From assembly GCF_009914755.1 (NCBI RefSeq), contig NC_060932.1: a DNA stretch of 64,000 nucleotides; one strand, 5' to 3'. This stretch comes from the human T2T-CHM13v2.0 reference genome, Homo sapiens. The stretch's first letter is position 1, and every line of letters begins with the position of its first letter. This document shows, piece by piece, positions 28,950 to 44,762 of this stretch. Both the position numbers and the translations under genes were made by a program. The notes beneath the pieces are model-generated. The model saw nothing but the letters and a program-made list of their open reading frames with translations, did no database searches and was not told the DNA's origin.

Positions 28950-29228
28950 GACAGGCACAGTGGCTCACACCTGTAATCTCAAAACTTTGGGAGGCTGAGG
29001 AAGGAGACTTACTTGAGGCCAGGAGCTCAAGACTAGCCTGGGCAATACTGCAAGACCCAATCGCTACAAAATAAATAAATAAATAAATTATCCAGGCATG
29101 GTGGTGCACGCCTGTAGTCCTAGCTACTTGGGAGGATGAAGTGGAAGGATCATTTGAGCCCAGTAGTTTGAGGTTGCACTCCAGCCTGTGTAACAGATTA
29201 AGACCTTGCTTCAAAAACATAAAATTAC
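28950..29228 (+). mobile_element. AluJ-like SINE with a right-arm internal deletion
   Basis: 'acttgaggccaggag' and 'catttgagcccag'. 'gaggttgca|ctccagcc' lacks the segment between two TGCA motifs. Confidence 0.92.
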
Positions 29229-29639
29229 AAACTTTCTTAAGTTGCCTATCATCTCTCTGAACATCCTGAAACCTTTAATGGAAATTTCTTTCTTCAGTCA
29301 TCTTTTTAAATTAGCATTTCTCATGCCTCTGTTAAATGTTACTGCTCTTCTGGACATTACAGGCTTTACAATAATTTCATCTATTTTCATAATTTCATTG
29401 CTTTATGATGATGTCTCCTTAATCTATCTCTCAAATGAACTTACTTCAAATGTGATTACTGCAAAAACTTAGTGAATGCCTTTATTTCAATAAATAGGAA
29501 GATCAGAGGTTGAGTAAAAAATATGGGGAAGAAGAATAGCTGAACTTTATTAATATGTATAACTTTAATATTTAGTCTAACACATATGACCATATTTGAA
29601 TACCACAAAATCCTTGATTCAGGAAACATTATTGTATTA

Positions 29640-30200
29640 AATGTCATGTATGAGAAAACTAAGGCTTAGAGAAGTTAAATAATATTCTCAAAGTTCTGTA
29701 GCCAACAAAGAACAGAGAAAAGAATTGGAATATATATGCTATAAAATCTAAGCCCATGTTGTAGCCCCTATGCAACAGTTGGGTCTATAAGTGTGTCAAA
29801 CTCAACATGTTCAAACCATTTCTACCTTCTATTCCTGTATTATCTCTTCCTGTATGTGTTAATCTTATGGCATTTGTGTCTACTAAGCCATAAAATTTGG
29901 CATTATTCCAGAACCACAATGACCAGGCTCTGTCAATCTCTCCCATTTTAGCTCTAACTGTTCCCTAACATGTGTTTCAAGCAGCAAAAATATGGAACAG
30001 CTTGTATTTCTTCAGTGTTGCCATGGTATTTTATTTCTCTGTGACCTTACTCATTGTGTGCCCTCTGCTACAATGTACTCCCTCTTTTTTATCTAACTAA
30101 TTCCTACCTATCCATTATGACTCAGTTCAAGCATTCTATACTCCATCTATGTTTTCCTAAGACTTTAGCTACCATAACTCCAAAAGCTACTATATACTTG
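29640..30200. mobile_element. MIR (-, about 29640-29765) and L2 fragment (+, about 29790-30200)
   Basis: 'atgagaaaactaaggcttagagaagttaaataa' (MIR core); 'caaactcaacatgttcaaacc' and 'ctaactaattcctacctatcc...ctcagttcaagca' (L2). Confidence 0.6.
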
Positions 30201-30384
30201 TAGTTAGAGTAAGATTTGTTTAGTTATTACAACAAACATAACAGATGGTCGTAAAATATAATTAAGAAAGATGACTTTTTTTCCCCAATTTGCTCAGAGT
30301 CTTGCAAACTGCCCTGCCTAAACTTTAGCATTTGAGTAAATGTCCCTCTTGTACTCCCTCAGATTCCTCTAATTTACATAAATA

Positions 30385-31305
30385 ATTAGTTGCCTACCCA
30401 ACTGCAATATCTAGCCTCTTTCTTCTTTTTGGTTAGAAAGACCCCACATCAGTTTTTATGTGCTCAAATTCCAAACATGTACATGTGCAGCTTTTTCTGC
30501 TGCAGTGAGGTACTGGGCATGTGACCCAGTCTTAGCCATCAGGACCTGAGAGAAAGTCTGCTAAGAGTGAGAAAGATTACACTCAGTTTAAAAAGAGAGA
30601 AACATAAGGAAACCCCACTCTCTCTGAATGTTTCCTGAATTCATTTGCTGGGGCTGCTGTAACAACATACCACAGATGGGGTGCCCTTAAACAACAGAAA
30701 TTTATTTTCTAACATTTCTAGAGGCTGAGAGTCCGAGATCAAGTTCCCAGCAGGCTTGGTTTCCTCTGACACCTTTCCCTTTGGCTTGCAGATGTCTTCC
30801 TTCTTGGGGTCTCTTCACGTGGTTGCCCTTCCACACAGGTGCCCCTGATGTCTCTGTGTGCCTAACATTTATCTCCTAAAGGTACACCGGGCAGATTCAT
30901 TAGGGCCCATCCTAATGACTTGGTTTTAACTTCCACTTTTTAAAAAAGACCTTATCTCCAAATTCTGAGGTGCTGGGGGATTAGGGCTTCAATGTTTCAC
31001 ATTTGATGTGGCGGCGGGGGGCGGGCGGTGGCAGTGAAATTCATCTCATAACATTCCCCAAGCCATTTATTGTCTTGGACATTGCTGTGTAATATGATAT
31101 TGGATAGCGTAACATGCTCCAGAAGGAAAAGACAAATGAATCCCAGAGAAGTTAACCCAGAGTCCTAATATCACTGACTTGCTATGTTATCCAGCCCTGG
31201 AACTCCCGGGCTTCAACATTTTGAGATTTATAGGTGTGCCTTCATTTTAAAATAATTTTAGTTTGATGCATTGCAACTTTTACCCTAAAGCATATAATTG
31301 ATACA
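30385..31305 (+). mobile_element. Old MLT1J/K-type LTR interrupted by a younger MLT1 LTR
   Basis: 'gggcatgtgacccagtcttagccatcaggacctgagagaaagtctgct' on the left; 'ccagccctggaactc...aaagcatataattgataca' on the right. Confidence 0.55.
30636..31053 (-). mobile_element. MLT1A/B/C-type MaLR solo LTR
   Basis: 'gggctgctgtaacaacataccacaga...ttaaacaacagaaatttatttt...aagaccttatctccaaa...aattcatctcataaca'. The 5-bp flanks are tttcc / ttccc. Confidence 0.88.
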
Positions 31306-34089
31306 CTAATATAGCATTTATGTGTTATAATAGTCAATGAATTGATTCTAACTCGAGTGATACTGCATTTATCATTATCCCTCTGCTACACATCACAGGG
31401 CTTAACACTCAGTATACGTTTACTAAACGAACTCTATGCTTCTACTCCCACAGCTCAAAGAACACACACACTCACAATCTCACATCAGATTCCTTCCCCT
31501 GAACCATGGATCACTCTGGAAAGGTCTTTGATGACCCCTTTTCCTTGTAACCACCAGAAAATCCCTCTTTTATATTCTTTTGCAACTACCTGTATCTCTA
31601 AGTCTTTCTGCATTTTGATGCTTTTTTGTTCCCTAATTGTTTGCACCTCCAAGCAGTTATGAGTAAATAATGATTTTATATTTTAGGAAATAACATATAT
31701 TAGTTGTGACTTCATTATTCAAAATATATGATCCAGCTGATAGTTGGTATAATTTTTTTGATATTTTGGTCATTGCACGGTTTGAAGTTTAAAATATAAT
31801 GTCCTAGAACCAGTAAGCACCTCTAATGCATTCATCTCTGTTCTGACACAGGCTCAGTTCTTCTTCATTCAACTAAATTTTACTTGTTCAATAATATTTT
31901 ATCAAACAAAATGCTAGATTCACTTTAATATTACATTTTATGGCTTTCAAATCATGGAGCTGCATTGACTCTTGAAATATGTAATGCACCATAACTTATG
32001 ACAATAGTCTCTAATTTGAGCCTTCAATGTTTAAAGATTCTCATTTTTAAAATAAGACACACAGAAACATAAGTAGCTTCATGAAATGAATACTAATACT
32101 GCTTATACACTCCTTTATGTAGTTTTATAGGAAAAAGAACCTTTGAGTTTAACATATACTTCATGGTTCCTCTGATACATTACTTTAGGACCTCAAATTC
32201 CCTAAGTATCCATAGATGCTCTGAATTGATGCATATTTCTGGTGAAATTATGTTCTTCGCTATTTCCTCTTGACAGGTGTGGTAATGTTTCTTCTCAGTT
32301 CTCCATAGCTGAAGAGAAACAGAACTACAGCCATTGCCAGACAATTTAGATAAACAAAACTGCAAGTAATCCCTACTATTCAAAAACTCCAACTTGCCCA
32401 TTTTATTGAAAAACAATAGAGAGAAAACAAGAGAGGTATGAATAATCAAACAAGGAGCAAGGGGAGTTTTGGAAAGAAATGAACATCATTATTTTTCTAA
32501 TTAGTCATTATATTAACCAGGAAATGTGAAAAATCAATGTGTTAAAATAATACATTGAGAACACAATAATTTTTTAAAGAGAGTTCTTCAAATGCTCTTC
32601 TGATAATAGGTAATTTTACTCTAAGGTAATGACAGCTATTTCCAAAAAACTTGTATTCTTTAAGAGTCTCTATAGCAGTATTAGTTTAGATTTCGTATTA
32701 CAACTTTGTACAAATGGACCTCTTATGTATCATATATATTTATGTTCATATTGCATATTACATATGACTAAGCAGTAAGATCATTGTTTTAATAGCCAAA
32801 ACAAGTACAATATTATATTTAAGGTAGAATTTTTCCAACTTAATTCACTGAACTGAGCTCACAGACATAATATGCAGCATGTACTTCATGAAAAAAAATT
32901 ATATACTTTTAGTTAGGTTCTAAAGGCTATACTTTGTTGGCAGATGTACTAAGCAGATGTAAATATACTCATCTGAAAGGTAACAACTTTCACACAATTA
33001 ACCTTTACACAACTTTACCCAGACCCCCAGAAAAATAAAAGGGGGTTTTGGCTCTAAACGTCAGTAAGTGAGCAAAACTCCCAACACATACACAAGGAGC
33101 TGGGATTACTGCCAGTGGGAGCCAGAGGATGATGTGTGGTATTGCTGAAAATGAATGCCTCTATAAAGGAGTTTATGTGGAGTGACACGGTAATTTTATA
33201 AAGTCACCAAGCAGTTGTGAGTATCTCACGTCAACCTTAAGATGGTTAAAAAAAAGTGAACAATTTGAAGTAAAAATACATTAAAAAACATGTTTTTTAA
33301 AAAAATATTTCTCACTCGTGAAAACGCGGGTCAATGTTTGCCCCTGGAAGCCATTCATTTTTCAGTTCCTGGAGCCAAGAGGATTGTAAAGATACCTATT
33401 GACCCCACTTATTTGCTTTGACAAAGTATTCCACGGTATAAAGACAAACAGCAGCCTCATAGTATTTTATAAAAGTACAATAAATAAATAATACATAGAC
33501 TTAATTAAAAGAAGAGAGATGATTCAGGACTGGAAAGATGACTGGCACAATAACACAGTAGTTACATTCTTCATACTGATTGAGCATTTGTAAAGTGGGG
33601 GCAAAAATGAAAGGGAGAAAGGAGAAGAAGAAAGTGATTTCTGAACTTCTGTCATTTATTATAGGTTGTAATGAATACATGCAGACAAACAAGCAGATAT
33701 ATAACCATAAAATCAAAATAAATAGGTCTTTTTTGGAAGGTTTGCTGAATTTTAACCATCTATTTTTGCAACATGCATTATTTCCCCTAAATGGTATGTG
33801 TACCCAGCCTCCTGCACCCCCCAAAAAATGTTTAGTGAAAGCAACCCAAATATCATGAAATTTGAAAATAGCTGAGATTGGTCTGTGTTGTTTTTCTGTT
33901 TTGATTTTGTTGCTTAAGAGAAGCAGAAAATCTGCCCAGGTTTATTCTGAAGAGCGTTTAGGAAATGGTAGAATAATGCTTAAATGTCTGCCAGTTAAGC
34001 TATGTTTTTAAATAAAAACTTAGCGTGCAGTTTTTGATCAGACATGTATCTAAAAATCAAATCTATACACACTGTCACCATTTCCTGTC

Positions 34090-35660
<1,571 letters not shown>

Positions 35661-36089
35661 TGTTGCTGAACTTGAAATATTTTATTTGGATAAAATATTT
35701 TTTAATAAAGGTGAAGTTAAGAAAGGAAAAGAGAGGCATATGTAAGAATTAACTTTGAGAAGTCGAATGGGAAGTTTTCATTTTATGTCATTGCATTCCA
35801 ATTCCAAGGTTGACAGTTATTGTCAGAGTTCTTTTTTACCTGTATAGTGCCATGTTCAAATTCTTAGAACATTTTATCTCACACAGTGGTAATGTCATAC
35901 TCTGATTTATTGCATTATTATATTAATAATATTTAGTGGTTAATTAATAAAAATGTTTATATTTATATTTATAGCCCTTAACATACTTATCAAGTGTCAA
36001 GAATTGCACTGGACATTTCTTATGTACCACTTCAAAATCCTTTCATTCTACACTCATACTCTATCCACAGCTGTAGCAACCTGTTCCAG

Positions 36090-36445
36090 GCAGGTTTTGC
36101 ATGCAGTGTCCTCAGGAAACTGTGCAGTCATGCATGTTCACCCTTATGATGTGAGGGTGAGAACACTAGAGGGTCAGCCCATTATCAGTAGAAAATTAGA
36201 ACTTATGGATATGGGCTTTATTGCTTTGTCCCCTGGGGAGTCATTTCTTAGATGCATTTAATAAGGAAATTTATAACGGACAGGTGTAATCAAACATCAG
36301 TGACAAATGGCAGCGATGAACTCAGAAATGCACTTACATTGGCTGTCTTCCTTGTTTCACATCCACTGATTTGTTTTTCTGCTTTTTGCATACAAGAGTC
36401 TCTGTCAGTCTCTGTCTCAGAGAGAGCACAAACACATAACTGTAT
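36090..36445 (+). mobile_element. LTR16-like ERVL LTR, apparently inside a MIR (about 35980-36620)
   Basis: 'gtcccctggggagtcatttct', 'aatgcacttacattggctgtcttcc' and 'tttgcatacaagagtctctgtc'. MIR-like flanks on both sides. Confidence 0.4.
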
Positions 36446-36646
36446 TTAGACACCTTAAAATATTAGTTTATTCCTTCAAAAACTCTATTAGGTATTATTA
36501 CAATCTCTTTTAAAAAAAGAAAATAAGTCTCATCTTACAAAGTACAAAATAACATATCTTACAAAGACAAAAGAGTCAGAACTGAAGTCATTTTTTTCTG
36601 ATTCAAAATCCGTATTTGTTCTGCAGGGTAGAAAGATCTAAACTAG

Positions 36647-36703
36647 TGAGCTAATAGGATTTTTGAACTCATTTTGAGCTAATAGGATTTTTGAACTCAT
36701 TTT
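36647..36703. repeat. Perfect 28-bp tandem duplication
   Basis: tgagctaataggatttttgaactcattt twice (36647-36674 and 36675-36702). Confidence 0.97.
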
Positions 36704-36899
36704 ATGTTTTCATTTAAAAAGTAAAATGTACAGGATACAGAGTTGATAATGCACAATAATTAAGATTACAAGTCAATTCATCAGAAATAACTTCAAAAGA
36801 AAATATATAATGGGCCCATAAATAATTATAATGTGCCACCACAAGAATGTGAGGTCTTTCCCGTGTTATTTTGTAAATATGTGACACATACTTTGTTCA

Positions 36900-37296
36900 T
36901 TTTATCTTTGTCTGCCTTGCAAAGTGCCTCTGTGAGGTTTATCTTTCTGGATTTGATGAGCAATCTCCCTTGCCCTCTGGTTACAGTTAGTTTCAGCTGG
37001 TGGGAGGCTTTGGCAGTAGAACATAGGGTGGGCTAGTGTGTGGACAGGGTATCTATTGCCGAGGTTCCTTCACTGCCTCCAGGAAACATCACAATCTCAA
37101 TACACAGTTCTCTTTGACTTGCAGAAACCCTTCTAACCCATGCTCATTAAAGTTCGCCAGCCCTAGGGCACTGTTCCTCTCTGATAGTTCCCTTAACCTC
37201 ACCCACAACTTTATAATTAGATGCTTTATTAAACTCCTCCAATGACCCCATTTCTGAGTGGGCCATCTGTTTCCTCCTGGGATTCTGGCTCATACA
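36900..37296 (+). mobile_element. LTR33-like ERVL LTR
   Basis: 'ctcccttgccctctggtt' and the 3' end 'tttattaaactcctcc...gagtgggccatctgtttcctcctgggattctggctcataca'. Confidence 0.7.
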
Positions 37297-38579
37297 GGAG
37301 ACAACAAAAATCATAAAAATATATATTCTTGAGAAAGAAATGGTTGAAAGTAATTGGAGACAAATTGTCCAACAGGGAGAGTGGGGGTAGGAATATAGTA
37401 ATTATTAATGGGAATCAGTAGTCATATATTATAGAAGGGGGAAGGAAATAAATGTATTATTTATGGACCAGAGGGGGTCTCTACAGTATGATATGAGAAA
37501 TGTGAAGGTATATAAACTAATTAACTAACAAACCAACTAAAATTCTTTGCTATGTATATTTTGTAAAATAAATGTATAGTCCAATTTTCAATGGTGTTGG
37601 TCATCAATTGACAGAATGTTCACTATAGTGAGTATCATATTTAACAAAATGTCAACCGTGACCTGTAGATTATATTGATTATATCCTTGATATAAACTGG
37701 CATTGGCACTGACCATAAAGATTTACTGTGAATTGTGTGGTTTGAAATTTGAAATCATTTTTATATGAAAAGCATTTCTCTTACTACATATAGGTTTACA
37801 TTAAACAGGTTTTATTCTACATAGACTGTCCCACAAAATTGGAATTTAAAGTTAAATTTTATGGATATGAAACCATGAAATCTAATCTTAATAAAAAAAT
37901 CAAAAACTCTTTCAGGACTAGAGACTTATATAGCTGTAGAATAGAAGATTAATGGAGTAGGAAGTATGAAGCACAGCTTACTGCATTTTCTTCCCCTTTT
38001 AGACATGGTGCTTGGCCTCCTATTACCTGGCAATTTTGTAATATCCTTCTTCACATTTCTTTTCTTATATAACTTTCACTTTGAAAATCATGTTTCAGGT
38101 TTATTATTTTTAGCAATAAATAACTCTCCAGATAACTTTCACAACTGGTGCAAGTTTTATGAGCCTTCCCTGATTGTGTTCTCTCCGATTCCTTTTAAAT
38201 AGAGTCCTTACTCACAGGAAGATAGGACACTTTCAACTTGCATTTTACATAAGCATTTTTTCCTATTAGGTTACTTTAACAGGGGCCCAACATGTGTACA
38301 CAATCAGACCAATTTTATAGATAGAACAGCACATCTACAATTCACATTATCTGAACCTTTTAAAGTTTGTCATTGCCTTGAAGAATTATTTCTTGCTGCT
38401 CCTTTTGCCCTATGATTGTTTTTTAATTTTATACTTTGGAAAAATAATTTACATGTAAAATTTCCTCTACATATTACAGCTTTGAGTGTTTCTTTATTAA
38501 AAATTATAACACACTTAAGGGAAAATATACAGAATAATTTATCGCAAAATGAATACCGATTTTATTTCCACCATGGACA

Positions 38580-38980
38580 AGAAATAAAACACTGCCAGTA
38601 ACCCCCACCTCTCTCACTCCAAATAACCCTAATTTCTTCTTTCACTTGCTGTTCCTTCTCTCCCTTCCTAAAATGTTACAGTCATTCTAATTTTTACGCT
38701 AATCACTCTTTCCTTTTCTTTTAAATTGTACTCTCTAAACCCATTTTGGTAATCATTGTGGTTAAGTTTAATCTGTTTTTATTCTCAGTGTGTAACTTTT
38801 TTGCTCAATATTATTTTTGTTAGAGTCATGCATGGTATTGAAAATATTTATTTCCACAGCTGTATGACATTTCAAGTTTGAATATATTCTGTTTATTAGT
38901 ACATAATGCCAACTTTTTTTCTTCCAAATGGTGGCATAAACATTCACTCTTATTAGCAGTGTAGGAAAGTTCCCTCTTTG
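38580..38980 (-). mobile_element. Ancient L1ME-like fragment
   Basis: 'ttttttgctcaatattattttt' and 'ttccaaatggtggca...cactcttattagcagtgtaggaaagttcc'. Confidence 0.5.
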
Positions 38981-39329
38981 TAATATGGCTCTGGGATTGA
39001 CTTTGCAAATGAGATAAACTTGTGTATGATTTACCAGACGGAAGTAAGGCAGAAACCACTATTTCTGGAAAATTACAGCAGTTCTTCAGATCACCACGTT
39101 ATACCCTTTTAGCTGTGCAATATCCCAGCCCATCCCCTACTTAGGCAAGCCATAATTAATAGCCATATTAGCTTCCTAAATAATTTTATAAAGCCTAATT
39201 AACATTGATGCCAAAACGAGAATAATGAACTAATATGTTTCATATACTGGCAGGGATGGTAGATGTGAAAAAGAAAAGATAACTTACGAGAGAATGAACA
39301 AAGAGAAAACACAGGAGCTGTGGCTGACT

Positions 39330-39610
39330 AGACATAATGAACTAAAGAAAGAGATTATTACTAATGATTTGGGGCCACAGGTCTTAAGTAGCTGAGAATA
39401 TGGTGATATTATAATCATATACAAAAGTCAGGAGGGAGTATCTGTTGTGAAGTACAACATGTTTAGATTGAACATTTTGAATAATGTTAAGGAATCACAG
39501 GAGATCATAAGGAAACAAATAATAAAGACTGAAAATATAGAAGTTGATAGAGATCAGAGATGAAAAAATGGATTTGTGGATCACTTTGAAGGTAGTAATG
39601 CTTTTCACAG
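39330..39610 (-). mobile_element. L2 fragment
   Basis: 'gtttagattgaacattttgaa' and 'gagatgaaaaaatggatttgtggatca' resemble antisense L2. Confidence 0.4.
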
Positions 39611-40573
39611 CAATCAGTATCTTACGGTTTAAAGAAATAGTGAAAACTAATCCTTTATATTCAGAATATCTACACACATTTATAAATGCAATATCTTATC
39701 TTATAGCTGTTATTATTTTTTGCAATCCTTCTAATCAGACAATTTCATAAGTGGTTTGTAGTACTCATGACACTAATATGTATCACATATTTGTGCTATC
39801 TCAAATAGCACAGATTCATAGATTGCCACTTTCTTGAAAAGGGAAGATGATGCCATATATATCGCTGGATTCCTAATGACATATGTAGTTAAAATTTATC
39901 AAATATCTATTTAGTTAAAGGGCACAATAAATAAATAGATAAGACATAAATAAATAAATGCAGTGGTACCATTATTCTGTGTGTAACTGCAAAGGCGAGT
40001 TCAACTTATATTAGGAATCTATACATATTTTTTCAGTTTTACTTACACCTTATTATATTAATTAGACTGTTACTGTGATTATTCAATAATCCAAATTTCA
40101 ATGACTTCAATATGTATCTATTGTAAATCGCTAGCATAAATTATTAACATACTTTCTTTTTCCATTAACAATTTTTATCTCTTTGAAATCATTAGTGTTT
40201 CCCTCTCTGGTGAAGCGCATCTCCTGCCCTAGGGAAAAGCACTAAACCTCTTCCAGAAAAAATAGGAAGAATCCGAGATAAATATTCTAATGAAAATAGC
40301 AGTACTTCTGAATGCAATTATGATCAAATTTTCTAAGGACCATGGTTTCCCAGTGGAATTAAATTTTAAGTATAAATCTCCCCAATTTATATAGTAATAA
40401 AAGCGAATGAAGAGTCCTGGAAGACTGCCTTGCCCTTTAGAGCTTACAGTCAAATAAAAAGTTTCATTTAGGGAATCCGGTCAAGTGAAATGTCCTGAGA
40501 ATCTAGAGATGAAAGTCTTCAGAGGCTCCTGGTGTGAGACAGAGCAAATATCCTTACACAAAATCAGACTACG

Positions 40574-42401
40574 TGTGACATTACTTTTTTTTTTTTCCTT
40601 TGAGAAAAGAAAAGCTCTATATTGCCAGTCAACTCACAAGGAAACAGGAGTAAAGGTCAAATCTATCTCTCCATGCTGATTTTAAGGCAATATTTTTATC
40701 AGTGATTGGTGGAAGGAAAGGGGAAGTCAGGAAAGTCTTTGGACAAGGGCAATTATGTCTTCATGCTACCTCATGGGGTGTATGTGTGAATTTAGCAGGA
40801 TCTGATATGAAACATGCAGTAGAATTTCAGGCTGTGATGTCAGTATGCTCATTCTGCACAGACTCCAGGCAGCCATATTGGTTCCAGCTGAATTTGAACC
40901 AGTTCTTTTACCTCATAAACTGAGGGAGTTTCAGCATTTCAGCAGGTGGTTTCTTTTTCACTTTTTATTTTGTGGTTACGTAGCAGGTGTATATATTTAC
41001 GGGGTACATGAGATGTTTTGATATAGGCATGCAATGTGAAATAATCACATCATGGAGCATGAGTTATCTATCCCCTCAAGCATTTTTCTTTAGTTACAAA
41101 AAATCCAATTACATTCTTTAGTTATTTTTAAATGTATGATTAAGTTATTATTGACTATAGTCACCCTGCTGTGCTATCAAATAGTAAGTCTTATTCTTGC
41201 TTTCTAACTATTTTTCATATCCATTAACCATCCTTATCTCCCCTCAACCTCACCACCCTTCCCGGACTCTGGTAATCATCACTCTACTCTCCATGTTCAT
41301 GCATTCAATTGTTTTAAGTTTTAGACCCCATAAATAAGTGAGAACATGCACAGTTTGTCTGTGCCAGGTTTATTTCACTTAAAATAATGACCACCAGTTC
41401 CATTAATGTTGTTGCAAATGTCATGATCTCATTATTTTTTATGGCTAAATAGTACTCCATTATGTATATGTACCTTATTTTCTTTATCCACTCTATTGAT
41501 GGACACTTAAGTTGCTACCAAATCTTAGCTTTTGTAAACAGTGCTGCAATAACCATAGGAGTACAGATAACTCTTCAATACACTGATTCCCTTTATTTTT
41601 GTTATATATTCAGCAGTGGGATTGCTGGTTTATATGATATCTGTATTTTTAGATTTTGAGAAACCTCCAAACTGTCCTCCATAGTGTTTATACTAATTTA
41701 CATTCCCACCAACAGTGTACGAGGGTTCCCTTTTCTCCATATACTCATTAGCATTCATTATTTCCTGTCTTTTCGGTATAAGCCATTTTAACTGGGGTGA
41801 GATGAATATCTCATTGTAGTTTTTATTTGCATTTTGCTGAGAATCAATTATGTTGAGCACTTCCTCATATGCCTGTTTGCCATTTGTGTGTCTTCTTTTG
41901 AAAAATGTCCTTTCAAATATTTTGCTCATTTTTAAATTGGATTATTAGTTTTTTTCCCATAGAGTTGTTTGAGCTCCTTATACATTCTGGTTATTAATCC
42001 CTTGTCAGATGAGCAGTTTGCAAATATTTTCCCCCATTCTGTGGGTTGTCTCTTCATTTTGTTAACTGTATCCTTTGCTGGGCAGAAGCTTTTTAACTTG
42101 ATGTGACACCATTTGTCCATTTTTGCTTTGGTTGCCTGTGCTTAAGGGGTATTGCTCAATATTTTTGCCCAGATCAATGTCTTAGAGATTTTCCCCAATA
42201 TTTTATTATAGTAATTTCATAGTTGAGGTCATAGGTTTAAGTCTTTAATCCATTTTGATTTGATTTTTGCAAATGGTGAAACATAGGAGCCTCGTTTCAT
42301 TCTTCTGCATATACATTGTTGTTGTTTTTAATCTGCTATCCTGAAAATTTAAGAATTTATGTTACTCATTGATGTCTTTAATTGTTTGGAGCATCATTTC
42401 A
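40574..42401 (-). mobile_element. ERV1 (MER4-group) LTR split by an L1MA insertion
   Basis: 'gaaaagctctatattg...caaggaaacaggag...caaatctatctctcc' and 'ggcagccatattggttcc' on the left. It resumes at about 42318 and ends 'gagcatcatttca'. The left boundary is uncertain. Confidence 0.55.
40959..42316 (-). mobile_element. 5'-truncated L1MA1/2-type LINE-1
   Basis: 3'UTR 'ggtgtatatatttacggggtacatgagatgttttgatataggcatgcaatgtgaaataa'. Minus ORF 41932-42120 ([13 protein letters not shown]...[13 protein letters not shown]) is ORF2. Confidence 0.93.
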
Positions 42402-43255
42402 GTTCTTCCTATCCTACATACATTCCTCAATTATGAATATTAAGAGCAATGACAACTCTAGCTACTTCTTGCTGACTAGTGTTGCATTTGTGGGTCTAAG
42501 AAATGATATTTTAAAATATTTAATTGTAAACATTCATGTTTCCCAGGTTGTGGTCAGACAGGTGGGTCAGAGAACTCTTTTGCATATTGGGTAATCATCT
42601 GATGTACAGAAAATGTTGATTTAAAGAAAAACTGTGAAACAAACAGCAGGTATATAGGACTTGATGAAAAGGAAGAGAAATCCCAACACATACAAAATTT
42701 TAATTCCTAGCTTAAGTAATATTTCAAAAATACATCATTTTTCCTGATGAGATCCATGAAAACAAGGGTTTTAATATATTATTTCCAGATTTTTAAGAAC
42801 AGACATGCAGGAACCAGAAAATGATTTAGGATTTAGTCCAGATTATAGGCAAATAATACAATCTCTAAAACAATAGTCAGAGTTGGAATCTAATAACAGA
42901 TGTGTTTAAGTTTTCTTTTGAAATATAGTTTTTTTCTCCCTCCAATTTCTCGTTTTTACCACAGCAAATCACAATAGAAATAATTTGTGTATAAAATAAG
43001 TTTTAGTCTTATTATACCTGGCCTAATTATTTACATAAAGTGCAGCAAGAACAGCGCACTATAGGATCTTTGAAAGAAATTGCTTTGCTGGAAATTTTTA
43101 ATAAGTGATCTTGGACTTTAAATGCTTTCAGGCTAGCTATACCAAAGATTTGTCATGAGACTGTGCCTGTAATACCTGTATGAGTGAGTGCATTCCTCTC
43201 TTTTTGAAGTCCTAAATTATCTTGAGGCTCTCAAGACTGTAAGAAAGTGCCATTT

Positions 43256-44762
<1,507 letters not shown>

